A stretch of 64,000 bases of DNA from a virus (lineage: Duplodnaviria; Heunggongvirae; Uroviricota; Caudoviricetes): IMG/VR virus record IMGVR_UViG_3300028048_000115, positions 18,061 to 82,060 of that record. The stretch is one strand, 5' to 3'. The notes under the pieces were generated by a model. It ran no database searches, had not been told where the DNA came from, and was given only the letters and a program-made list of their open reading frames with translations. This document shows, piece after piece, positions 48,329-57,515 of the stretch. The first letter of the stretch is position 1, and every line of letters starts with the position of its first letter. A program made the position numbers and the translations under genes.

Positions 48329-48451
48329 TGTAAAATACTTTCTTTAACTTGCTCTTGTTGTAACTCTGTAAACTGTTTAAGTGAATTTAAATCAATCATA
48401 ATTTTTTTAAATGTTTTTATAAATATATTTATATAACATTGAGGACAAATA

Positions 48452-49768
48452 ATGATAACTTTAGAAAACTTAAAAGATTATTTTGACTTGCAAGAACAAA
48501 ATAATCCTATTGTTATTGCCAGCTTAACAGATTTATTGGGGGTTATTCAGATGGCAGGAGATACATATACTAAGGCTGAAATTGACGCTAAAATTCAAGA
48601 AATCAAGGACACCATTAGTTCAGGTATAAAATTAAAAGATGTAGTTTACGGTTTCCGTATTCGTGTAGAGCAAGACAGCTCTTGTAGTGTTTCTTACTTA
48701 GAGGATGCCATTGGTGCCACACCAGCATTTATGAATTTCTCAAACGGCTGCTTTAATTACGGTTCTTGGAAAAAGGCATTCTTTATGCCTAGACCTTGTA
48801 TGTTGAAGTTTGATGGTACCGTCGATTATTACTTGGATCCTGACGATTTTGAATATCGTTCAGACGGAGTAACTCCTTCAGACGTTGCAAATGAGAATTA
48901 CGAAGGAAATGCGATGATAGAGTGGAATAAAATTTATTATAAGATTGTTCCACTTGAAGGTCGTGATGGTTGTGCTGATATTTTCATTTCAGACCACAAA
49001 GCAGACAACGACTATGTGTGCTATTCATTTATTGATAACAATGGAAATGAGAAAGACCATTTCTACACTCCAATTTACAATGGTACCGTTATCAACGGAA
49101 AATTAAGAAGTTTAAGTGCTAAAACTCATACTGTTAATGTAGCTGAAAATGTTTTGTGCAATTATGCAGAGGCTAACGGTGACGGTTGGAGTGCAGAAAC
49201 ATACGTGGATAGAGTTCTGATTAATTGCTTATTAGTTTTAATGGGTAAGTCTCTAAATTCACAGAAAATCTACGGTTACGGACATTACACAGGTGGTTCA
49301 AGTGCTTCAAGTAATTACAAGACAGGTCTGTTAAACCGCAGAGGTATGTTCTGGGGTAGCACAGGCAACACTGGTGTCAAAGTCTTTGGTATGGAAAATT
49401 ACTATGGTGAAGTTTGGAGACCAAATCTTGGTGTTATGAACCTCAAGGGTAAGTATTACATCAAGTTACACGGTCCTTATAATACCACAGGTGAAGGATA
49501 CACAGAAGCAGGCAATGTTCCTAATGCGAGCGCCAGTTACATCACTAAGATGAATTTTGATAACAACCTTATGTTACCTATTGCCGTTGGCGGGTCAGAG
49601 AACACATACTATGCTGACGGTATGTGGTCTAATAACTCCCAGGACGATATGCTCTTCAGTGGCGGTAGCTCCGGCGTTGGTTTGGTTGTTGGTGCCTTTA
49701 CGTTTACCGTAGCCGATGTGGCATCGATTTCCATCTGGGCCTACGGCGCCTCTTGCTCCTACAGGTAG
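48452..49768 (+). CDS. DGR target protein (variable protein; probably a tail fiber or receptor-binding protein) with the VR at its C-terminus
   Basis: 3' end matches the TR with A-specific mismatches; TATAAATA late box upstream. Confidence 0.75.
   Translation: MITLENLKDYFDLQEQNNPIVIASLTDLLGVIQMAGDTYTKAEIDAKIQEIKDTISSGIKLKDVVYGFRIRVEQDSSCSVSYLEDAIGATPAFMNFSNGCFNYGSWKKAFFMPRPCMLKFDGTVDYYLDPDDFEYRSDGVTPSDVANENYEGNAMIEWNKIYYKIVPLEGRDGCADIFISDHKADNDYVCYSFIDNNGNEKDHFYTPIYNGTVINGKLRSLSAKTHTVNVAENVLCNYAEANGDGWSAETYVDRVLINCLLVLMGKSLNSQKIYGYGHYTGGSSASSNYKTGLLNRRGMFWGSTGNTGVKVFGMENYYGEVWRPNLGVMNLKGKYYIKLHGPYNTTGEGYTEAGNVPNASASYITKMNFDNNLMLPIAVGGSENTYYADGMWSNNSQDDMLFSGGSSGVGLVVGAFTFTVADVASISIWAYGASCSYR
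49661..49760 (+). repeat. DGR variable repeat (VR)
   Basis: about 100 bp matching the reverse complement of 51009-51108; all about 15 mismatches fall at TR adenines. Confidence 0.8.
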
Positions 49769-49866
49769 TTCATTTCTGCTTAAAGAGCACTCAAAAGAGT
49801 GCTCTTTTTTGAAAATGTTTCCCCGATGAAAACGTAATTTTCGGAAATTTAAAGGTTCCAATTTTT

Positions 49867-50895
49867 TCAGGTTCCAAATCTCACTACTGTATTTAATAAA
49901 ATTTGTTCCTTTTTCTTTGAATTTTTTGCTTTATCGTGGTTAGAAATAATTTTTCGGCACTTATTAAAATTGAAATTCAAGTGCTCCTTGGAATATTCAT
50001 AAGTGTCTGTGATTTTTAAAAATCCCCAATATGGAAGTGTTTGACGAGCATCAAAAACCGTCATTCGCTTTTTCTTTTTGACCTTTCTGACCTTTCTCCT
50101 GATTTTGCTTAATAATCTCTTTCTAAGAGTTGTCCTATTGTCATAAAATCTGAAACCAAGGTAATCGGCAAAATCACCATTACCGAAACAACCAATTTTG
50201 AAATTTGGTTTTATTTCTAGTTTGAGATCTGCTAAATACATTTTAATAAGTTCAAATTTTACAAGCAAATCTTCCTTTGTTTTTTCAATGAAAAGCATAT
50301 CGTCCATGTATCTACAATAAAAAGGTATCCTCAATACCTCTTTTACCCAGTGGTCGAATTTGCTTAGATAAAAATTTGCGTACCACGGACTCGTATAAAA
50401 TCCAATAGGCAAACCTGGACTGTATGAGTCTATAATTTTAAATAATTCCTGTTTAAATTCAAAGTCAGCAATTATTTTTAATTTTTCTTTTAATATATTA
50501 TGATCGATATTTTCAAAAAAGTGTTTAATGTCAATCTGCAAGAAGTAATAATCGCCGTGTTTCCTGATAAATCCCTCAACCGCACTTTTAGCAGAATGTA
50601 AACCTCTACCAGATATTGACGAACAAATCAACCTATAAAAACTTTTTCTAAAAATAGGTTTAAGAATATTCATTTGAGCGTGCTGAACTACCAAGTCGGT
50701 GGGACTAGGTACCACAATAGTACGTTTCTTGTGAGACGTGTGGTCAAAGAAAGTCACAGGTTTAGCAACTGATGGAACATAGTTCCTAAGCATTTCTGTT
50801 GTGAAAATTTTTGGAGCTCTTTTAGCAGTATTAACTGCAATAGCAATGTTATCTTCGGAAAGATACATTCCCATAAGATGTTTATAAGATTTCAT
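49867..50895 (-). CDS. DGR reverse transcriptase
   Basis: GLPIGFYTSPWYANFYL (DGR-type motif 4) and YMDD box. Confidence 0.85.
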   Translation of the reverse strand: MKSYKHLMGMYLSEDNIAIAVNTAKRAPKIFTTEMLRNYVPSVAKPVTFFDHTSHKKRTIVVPSPTDLVVQHAQMNILKPIFRKSFYRLICSSISGRGLHSAKSAVEGFIRKHGDYYFLQIDIKHFFENIDHNILKEKLKIIADFEFKQELFKIIDSYSPGLPIGFYTSPWYANFYLSKFDHWVKEVLRIPFYCRYMDDMLFIEKTKEDLLVKFELIKMYLADLKLEIKPNFKIGCFGNGDFADYLGFRFYDNRTTLRKRLLSKIRRKVRKVKKKKRMTVFDARQTLPYWGFLKITDTYEYSKEHLNFNFNKCRKIISNHDKAKNSKKKEQILLNTVVRFGT

Positions 50896-51008
50896 TTTCT
50901 CCCTTTGTAAGGTTCTAATTAAATACTACTGACAGCTCAAGGTTCTTACGCTTGATGCGGGAAAATTTCGGGTCCAAAAAACCACAAGTAATCTTAGAAT
51001 ATTATTTC

Positions 51009-51108
51009 GGAGAAATGAGGAGCAAGAGGCGCCGTAGTTCCAGTTGGAAATCGATGCCACATTGTTTACGTTAAACGTAAAGGCACCAACAATCAAACCA
51101 TTGTTGGA
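51009..51108 (-). repeat. DGR template repeat (TR), AAC/AAT-rich
   Basis: encodes ..NNGLIVGAFTFNVNNVASISNWNYGASCS..; Asn codons sit at the positions that vary in the VR. Confidence 0.8.
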
Positions 51109-51264
51109 GTTACCGCCGGGGACCGGCAAAGGTACCAATATATTCACTCTAAGATTCAAAACTATTTATTACTTATGGAATTTAAATACAAATTTTTAAA
51201 ATATGTTGACTATTTTATAAAAAGTTCTATAATGTAAATGTAACAACGAAATGAGAGAAAAAAA

Positions 51265-51780
51265 ATGAAAGTATTTGAAGAAATGATTACCGCCCTAAAG
51301 ACTCTGAATATTCCTGTTGCAGATAACATTGAATTTAAGGTTGTTGATAAATTTCCAAAAAGGTCAACTCTCGGAAATTGCTCTCAAAGAGAAACCAAGT
51401 TTATTATTAGAGTGCGTTCCGATTTAAGTGATTCAATATTTCGTTCCACGATTGCTCACGAGCTTATTCACACCTGTCCAGGTTGTTTCAATCATAGATC
51501 AAAATTTAAAAGGTACGCTTCAAAAGTTAATAAGGCTCTTGGTTTAAAATGTGGTTACCACGAAGTTGGACCACAAAACTTAGAAAAATACAAGTACGTT
51601 ATCCGTTGCAAGTGTTGTGGAACTCTTGGTGCTTATAACAGATTAAACAATAAACTCAAAATGATTGCTCTCGGTTTACCAGGTATTAAATGTGCAAAAT
51701 GTTATGGAAATCAATTTGAGTTTGTGAATGGCAGTGGCAATGCCAAGAAGTTAAAAGAGGACTTTGAAGAAGAACTTTAA
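51265..51780 (+). CDS. SprT-like zinc metalloprotease domain protein
   Basis: HELIH (HExxH) and multiple CxxC. Confidence 0.45.
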   Translation: MKVFEEMITALKTLNIPVADNIEFKVVDKFPKRSTLGNCSQRETKFIIRVRSDLSDSIFRSTIAHELIHTCPGCFNHRSKFKRYASKVNKALGLKCGYHEVGPQNLEKYKYVIRCKCCGTLGAYNRLNNKLKMIALGLPGIKCAKCYGNQFEFVNGSGNAKKLKEDFEEEL

Positions 51781-52310
51781 GAATACACATCAAAAACATT
51801 TTTATTTTCTGGCACCGATTTTGCTTTAACAATGTCGTGCCAGTCGTATTTAATGGTTACACTCATATCTTGAGTGGTTCCATTGTCTGTTGTATCTAAT
51901 GACAAATCCCCGATGTTTTCAATTAAGCAGTTGTGGAAATTTTCAGTAAATAAAATATTTCCTTTATTATTATAAACATTTATATACAAGTCAAAAAATC
52001 TTGGTGCGTATGTAGCACTTGTGGAATGCTTTGATTTTAACATATCATTGTAAAATAAATCATACACCTTAAAATCTTCATCAATTAAAACATTGAAAGT
52101 TAAATCCCCGTGGGAATACGTAGAAGAAGGAAGATTGTGCTTCATTCCTTGTGATGAAGTTTCAACTAATGAGAAAGATAAACCAGGTAACGAAACGGAC
52201 TTAATGTAAAATTCCATTCCCTGAAATTGAGGGCTACCTGCAATAAAGTTAGTTTTTTGAGCAAAATTTAAAGTATTATTTTCCATTTTTTGGTATTTAA
52301 GTATTGACAA
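51777..52310 (-). CDS. hypothetical protein, possibly a gp19-like tail-tube-fold structural protein
   Basis: weak pattern similarity only. Confidence 0.3.
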   Translation of the reverse strand: MSILKYQKMENNTLNFAQKTNFIAGSPQFQGMEFYIKSVSLPGLSFSLVETSSQGMKHNLPSSTYSHGDLTFNVLIDEDFKVYDLFYNDMLKSKHSTSATYAPRFFDLYINVYNNKGNILFTENFHNCLIENIGDLSLDTTDNGTTQDMSVTIKYDWHDIVKAKSVPENKNVFDVYS

Positions 52311-52360
52311 TTTATAATATTTATTTTATTATATAATTAAAATATTTTAAAGGATAAAAA

Positions 52361-53182
52361 ATGCGACACGATTATACAAACGAATTAGAATTAAAATCAA
52401 TTCTAATCCGAATTAAAAATGCCCGAATTGAGCACAATACGGTCAAGACTGCTAAGACAATTCCTAATAACGAAAAGGCGTCTTTAATCAGGAACCGAAG
52501 AATTGCAAAGTATATTCTTTGGAATTCAAGACTTCAGCACACAAAAAAGACCAGCAATCCAAAGAAGGCAAAGGAAGTCCAAGAATTTTTAAAAACAAGA
52601 ATTATTGAACTCTCGGAATCCACTTCAATTGACACAAAAAATTATGAGAAGTTTGGAAACATTGTTATGACAATGGTAAGACATATTCTCACTAAGGCCC
52701 AGTTCAGAGGATATTCTTACTACGATGACTTTATGAGCGACTCCGTTTATAAGGTTTTAAAATATCTTGATAATTTTGACCACACAAAAAAGTCTAAGAT
52801 TTCTGGTCAATCTGTAAATGCGTTTGCTTATCTTTCAACAATTATTCATAATGCTATTATATATATTATCAAGAAGAAAAAGAAGGAACAGCAATTTATT
52901 CAGGAACAGGTAAACTATAAGCGTATTGAAATGGGGTTACCAATTATTAACTTTGATGTTAAAGACGATACCGAGCAAAGGTTCGTTAAGGTAAGTCCTA
53001 AAAACACAGTTAAAAAGATTTCGGATGCTATTGAAAATAACAAAGAATTTATTAAATCAAAAAATAACACTCTCAATATTGAGTACATCACAGATGAACC
53101 TTTGGATATTGATGAGTTGATTGCTATTCAGGAATACAAAAAAATGTACAAAAACGTTAAAATTACGGAAGGTATTGAGTAA
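52361..53182 (+). CDS. late sigma factor (T4 gp55-like) with an N-terminal extension
   Basis: GYSYYDDFMSDSVYKVLKYLDNFDHTK...NAFAYLSTIIHNAIIYIIKKKKKEQ parallels the gp55 core. Confidence 0.6.
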   Translation: MRHDYTNELELKSILIRIKNARIEHNTVKTAKTIPNNEKASLIRNRRIAKYILWNSRLQHTKKTSNPKKAKEVQEFLKTRIIELSESTSIDTKNYEKFGNIVMTMVRHILTKAQFRGYSYYDDFMSDSVYKVLKYLDNFDHTKKSKISGQSVNAFAYLSTIIHNAIIYIIKKKKKEQQFIQEQVNYKRIEMGLPIINFDVKDDTEQRFVKVSPKNTVKKISDAIENNKEFIKSKNNTLNIEYITDEPLDIDELIAIQEYKKMYKNVKITEGIE

Positions 53183-53445
53183 TGGAAGAGCAAATGGATA
53201 GACTTTATGCAGAGTTGACAAAACAGCTGCTAGAATACATTATGGAAATACGTTCAGAAACCCCTGATACACCTTTGGTTGAGATCATAACAGATTATTG
53301 TTTCAAAAATGATATTGAACCAGAAATGGCAGGTGACGCTATTTCACAGGATTTTTATTTCAAGCAGTTCATTGAAACAGACTGTAAAGCATTTTCAGAA
53401 TTTAACAACAAACCTTTAGCAACCGTTAAACTTGAGGAGTGGTAA
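53182..53445 (+). CDS. hypothetical protein
   Basis: ORF track. Confidence 0.3.
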   Translation: MEEQMDRLYAELTKQLLEYIMEIRSETPDTPLVEIITDYCFKNDIEPEMAGDAISQDFYFKQFIETDCKAFSEFNNKPLATVKLEEW

Positions 53446-53690
53446 TGACAAGAGAGGAAATTGACGCTTATGCTGACGCTAATGAGGTACCTATTATTCT
53501 TTTTGATGGTCTTGATGAAGCAGTTATTGGTATTTCAACTGATGACAGAGCTGTTTACTCATACGAAAGAATAATTAAGGTGCTGTCAAAAGATATGAGT
53601 TACGAAGAAGCAATGGAATACGCTGATTTTAACATTGTTGGGTCTTACATTGAAAATGGTCCTATTGTAATTTATGAGGAAGTTATATGA
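53439..53690 (+). CDS. hypothetical protein
   Basis: ORF track. Confidence 0.3.
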   Translation: MVMTREEIDAYADANEVPIILFDGLDEAVIGISTDDRAVYSYERIIKVLSKDMSYEEAMEYADFNIVGSYIENGPIVIYEEVI

Positions 53691-53920
53691 AATATGCAGA
53701 TTTAAAAAATTTTTTAAGAACTTTTAAGAACGCTAAAATTAATATTTTTGAAATTCCATCAGGTGCTAAAATTTTGACACACGGCAAAACAAATGTAAGA
53801 GTTTCCTTTTTTGAGGGTTCTTATTTCATTGTTTGTACCGATAGCAAAAATTTGTACGTAACAAAAGCAAATGTTGGTACCAAGAAATTTAGGTTAATTC
53901 AGGAGTTTCTCAATGTCTAA
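53687..53920 (+). CDS. hypothetical protein
   Basis: ORF track. Confidence 0.3.
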   Translation: MKYADLKNFLRTFKNAKINIFEIPSGAKILTHGKTNVRVSFFEGSYFIVCTDSKNLYVTKANVGTKKFRLIQEFLNV

Positions 53921-54104
53921 AAAATTTTTGCTTTATTTTGGAAGATGGCAATTATCAACTTTTGTGCTTGCGGGTCCAATTTTTTTACTTGAACAGTTTG
54001 GTCTTTCTGCTGTACCAAATTTGATAATTGCACAATGTATTGGCTGTTTAATTTTCTATCCTATTGATAAATATATTTTTAAATCTCGGAGTGAAAATTC
54101 TTGA
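53913..54104 (+). CDS. small membrane protein (holin candidate)
   Basis: two hydrophobic segments; precedes the spanin-like pair. Confidence 0.3.
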   Translation: MSKKFLLYFGRWQLSTFVLAGPIFLLEQFGLSAVPNLIIAQCIGCLIFYPIDKYIFKSRSENS

Positions 54105-54454
54105 TGTATTTAAAAGGAATTGCAACGTTAATAATATGTTTTGTTATATCTTATTATATAATAGATTATAATAAAATTAAAACTCAAAATACCGTTTTAA
54201 CGTCACAAGTTAATGTTTTGGAACTTGAAATTAAAAATTCAAATGATAATTTTAAGTTCATTCTTGCTAATTCTAACAGACTTGCAGAAGAAAAAATAAA
54301 GCTAGAAAAGGAAAATACAAAACTTTCAGAAAAACTTTCTCAGCTTGAGGGAGTAATTGAAAAGGGTGCTGAAAAACACCCTAAATTGATTTCAAAAATT
54401 CTTACCAATTCCGTTAAGAATTTGAACACAGAAATAAAGGAAGCGACAAAATGA
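54101..54454 (+). CDS. i-spanin candidate (N-terminal TM plus coiled coil)
   Basis: TM at the N-terminus, heptad-rich remainder; overlaps the lipoprotein gene. Confidence 0.45.
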   Translation: MMYLKGIATLIICFVISYYIIDYNKIKTQNTVLTSQVNVLELEIKNSNDNFKFILANSNRLAEEKIKLEKENTKLSEKLSQLEGVIEKGAEKHPKLISKILTNSVKNLNTEIKEATK

Positions 54455-54717
54455 AATATTTACTTTTGTGCTTATTTTTGGTTGGTTGCACAACAATTAA
54501 AGAGGTTCCAGTTGAAATTAAAAAGGAACCACTAAGACTTGAAGATCCCAAAATGCTTGACCTTAAAGATTTTGATATTTTCTTGAAGGAAAAGGACATT
54601 TGTATTACACCAGCAAGTTATAAAATTCTTGCTCAAAATATGCAAAATATTAAAAGTTATATAATACAGCTACGTTCTGAAATAAAAATGTATAAGGAAT
54701 ATTACGAAAGCAATTAA
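54451..54717 (+). CDS. o-spanin candidate (lipoprotein, lipobox LVGC)
   Basis: signal peptide MKYLLLCLFLVGC. Confidence 0.45.
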   Translation: MKYLLLCLFLVGCTTIKEVPVEIKKEPLRLEDPKMLDLKDFDIFLKEKDICITPASYKILAQNMQNIKSYIIQLRSEIKMYKEYYESN

Positions 54718-54920
54718 AGGAATCCTTTTAAAAATAAAGCACTCAATTTTTGGGTGCTTTTTATTTTTTATTCACTTAAAAATTTTTGTGTTTTCATACT
54801 ATAATTATTCAGTATTTTTTACGTTTTTTAAAAAGTCTTTATAAATCAATAACTTAGTTGAAGATCTATTTTTGTTAAGTCTTTGATTTATAAAGACTTT
54901 TTATTTAAGGGAATAAAAAA

Positions 54921-54936
54921 TGTGATTTTTATCACA
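54921..54936. promoter_or_regulatory. CRP-consensus-like palindrome TGTGATTTTTATCACA followed by a MotA-box-like promoter
   Basis: read directly. Confidence 0.45.
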
Positions 54937-55022
54937 AAAAACAATTAAAAATGTTGTTTTCTTATAATAAAGATGTATAATTAAAATGTAATTTGAATTG
55001 AGATTTATTTGAGGACTTAAAA

Positions 55023-55361
55023 ATGTATCACGTTCCACGTTATATGCCAAATGGCGAAGAATACGTCACTCCATTCCAGATGGACTTTGACATTGCAGAT
55101 CACTTTGGAATTAAAGCAGTTAAAGATACTTTTGAACGTGCTTTCAAGTCTTGGAGAAGTGATATTGAGTACGTTACCGAACTTGCAATTACTTTAAATC
55201 TTAGAAGTTGGTTCTGGTGTGAGTGTCCAAAGAGACCAGATAATATGGAACTTTCAAAACTTTATGCAGACCTTTACTACAAGGTTCGTGATTGGGTTTA
55301 CTCAAAGAAGGCAAGTTTCACCCAGGAAGATTTAGATTACTATTTCAGAATGACAGATTAA
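55023..55361 (+). CDS. hypothetical protein
   Basis: ORF track. Confidence 0.35.
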   Translation: MYHVPRYMPNGEEYVTPFQMDFDIADHFGIKAVKDTFERAFKSWRSDIEYVTELAITLNLRSWFWCECPKRPDNMELSKLYADLYYKVRDWVYSKKASFTQEDLDYYFRMTD

Positions 55362-55370
55362 GGAAATTAA

Positions 55371-56660
55371 ATGGAAACCATTATTAAAATTTTAGATGAA
55401 ATTAGAAGCAACTCATCAACAAAAGCAAAAGCAGAGTTATTAACCCAGAACAAAGATAATGAGTTGCTTAAAAAGATTTTAAAGTATTGTTATGATAGCA
55501 TTTCTTATGTTTATGGAGTTTCAACCTATACCATTGAAAAATTCAAGGAAGATGGAACCTCTGAATTAGATATGTTTACTCTCTTAGATAAGCTAAATGC
55601 TAGAGAGTTTACAGGAAACAAAGCACTTTCAGAGTGCAAAAAGTTTGTTAATTCAAATGCTTATTGGGACGTCTTTTACAGAATTATTGACCGAGACTTT
55701 AAGCTAGGTGTTTCGTCAAAAACATTAAACAAGATTTGGAAGAATTTAATTCCAACTCCAAATTATTGTAGGTGCTCAACATTTTCAAAGGGTGTAAAGA
55801 TAGAATATCCTGCAATAGTTCAGTTGAAGTGCGATGGCACCTATCGTGAAGCACAGGTAATGAACGGTATGTGTAAGTTTAGAACCCGTTCAGGTGAAGA
55901 ATACGAAAACCCTGTGCTTTCAGAAATTATGAAAGATTACCCTGAGGGCGTTTACACAGGTGAGTTCACTATCGGAAGAGCAGATGAACCAGATACAGAT
56001 AGACTAATTGGAAATGGTTTAATCAATTCTAATAACCCACCTTTTGAAAAAATTCATTTTACAGTTTGGGATTACCTAAGCATTGATGAATATAACCTCA
56101 AAACAAAGTCAAAATATATAACTCGTTTTGAAAGACTTGTAAACATTCTCGGTAAAGATGAGCTTGTCAATATTGTTCCAAGTGTAGTTGTTTCTGATGA
56201 AAATAGTGCTTTAAAAGTTGTTGCTAATTGGATGGCAAAAGGTTTAGAGGGCGGTGTTCTTAAAGACCCCAATATGACTTTTAAGAATGGAACCTCTAGG
56301 GAACAGTTCAAAATCAAGTTAAAGGTTGATGTTGAAATGCGTTGTACAGGTTTCAAGTTAGGAACAGAAGGAACCAAGTACGAAGGAAAAAACAAAGTCA
56401 TCTTATTTGAGAATGACGAAAAGACCATTATCGGACAATGCTCTGGAATGACCGATGCAATGATTGAAGAAGTTACAAAGCACCCAGAAAAGTACATTGG
56501 AAAGATTGTGAGTGTTCAGTTTAATGACCTGATAAAAGCAACTGGTTCAAAAACATATTCATTAAGTCACCCAAGATTTGCTGAGTGGAGAGATGATAAG
56601 GATAGCTCCGACACTCTCGAAAAGGCATTTGAATTAAGAGATATGGCAAAAAATTTATAA
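55371..56660 (+). CDS. ATP-dependent DNA ligase
   Basis: motif I KCDGTY, motif IV EGGVLK, motif V KIKLK. Confidence 0.7.
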   Translation: METIIKILDEIRSNSSTKAKAELLTQNKDNELLKKILKYCYDSISYVYGVSTYTIEKFKEDGTSELDMFTLLDKLNAREFTGNKALSECKKFVNSNAYWDVFYRIIDRDFKLGVSSKTLNKIWKNLIPTPNYCRCSTFSKGVKIEYPAIVQLKCDGTYREAQVMNGMCKFRTRSGEEYENPVLSEIMKDYPEGVYTGEFTIGRADEPDTDRLIGNGLINSNNPPFEKIHFTVWDYLSIDEYNLKTKSKYITRFERLVNILGKDELVNIVPSVVVSDENSALKVVANWMAKGLEGGVLKDPNMTFKNGTSREQFKIKLKVDVEMRCTGFKLGTEGTKYEGKNKVILFENDEKTIIGQCSGMTDAMIEEVTKHPEKYIGKIVSVQFNDLIKATGSKTYSLSHPRFAEWRDDKDSSDTLEKAFELRDMAKNL

Positions 56661-56760
56661 AAAAAGTATTGACTTTTTTATAAGATTGTTATATTATAAT
56701 ATTACATTGTGCAATGTCGCACAATGTTTTTAAAAAGACGCTAAGTCTGAGGAGAAAAAA

Positions 56761-56982
56761 ATGACTGATTATGACGTGTTTGTTAGTGACGCAGACTTAT
56801 GCGTTGGTAAAATTCGTGATCGTATTTCACGTTTGGAGGGCATTAGAAATACCGTAAAGGAAGACCCAAAGTATGCCAAGGATATTTCAGATGAAAGTTT
56901 TTTACTTTTACTTGAAATGTACGACTGTATTTCTAATATTGTGGATGCTTTAGTAGAAATGAAGGATAAGAAGAATGACTGA
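56761..56982 (+). CDS. small hypothetical protein, paralog A
   Basis: similar to 56975-57211 (MTD..DAD..V...RD.I.RL). Confidence 0.35.
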   Translation: MTDYDVFVSDADLCVGKIRDRISRLEGIRNTVKEDPKYAKDISDESFLLLLEMYDCISNIVDALVEMKDKKND

Positions 56983-57211
56983 TTTTATGGAAGAAAAGTT
57001 AGATGACGCCGATGTCGCTGTTGCAAATATGCGTGACGGCATTGACAGATTGTTAAATGCTTATGAACTTGTTGGTAATGATCCAGACTATAATGACCAA
57101 TTAAGAGAAATGACATTTGACATTCTAGGCGATATGATGTGTGCTCTTGAGGAAGTGTACTCTGTTTTAAGAGCAGCTATGAAGGAGAAGGATAATGCTT
57201 CAGGAAATTAA
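56975..57211 (+). CDS. small hypothetical protein, paralog B
   Basis: similarity to the upstream gene. Confidence 0.35.
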   Translation: MTDFMEEKLDDADVAVANMRDGIDRLLNAYELVGNDPDYNDQLREMTFDILGDMMCALEEVYSVLRAAMKEKDNASGN

Positions 57212-57212
57212 G

Positions 57213-57515
57213 ATGAAATCTTCGGAGTTTAAACCTCTTGATGATTTTCTTTTAATTAAGCCGGACATTGCAAAGAATGAGGAAGTCACAAATGGTGGTA
57301 TCATTCTTAACTATCAGAAATCTGTTTTAATGAGACCTTGCTCTGGAACTGTTCTGGCAGCCGGCGAAAATTGTGAGAATATCGTTGCGGGGGATTATAT
57401 TGTATTCCCTGATACCGATGGAATTGAGGTTAAATTTGAAGACTCTGATAGGTCTGTTGATTATCCGCAGTTTATGCTTTTAAGGTATAAATCTGTGATT
57501 GGAAAGAAATTGTGA
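57213..57515 (+). CDS. GroES-like co-chaperonin (T4 gp31-like)
   Basis: FKPLDDFLLIKP...TNGGIIL...GTVLAAGEN...GDYIVF GroES-fold pattern. Confidence 0.55.
   Translation: MKSSEFKPLDDFLLIKPDIAKNEEVTNGGIILNYQKSVLMRPCSGTVLAAGENCENIVAGDYIVFPDTDGIEVKFEDSDRSVDYPQFMLLRYKSVIGKKL

Noticed and set aside
51265-51780. Possible Avd accessory gene of the DGR
   Set aside because: The protein has an HExxH SprT-like metalloprotease signature and Cys clusters rather than the small helical-bundle Avd pattern. Its position beyond the TR on the opposite strand also argues against it.
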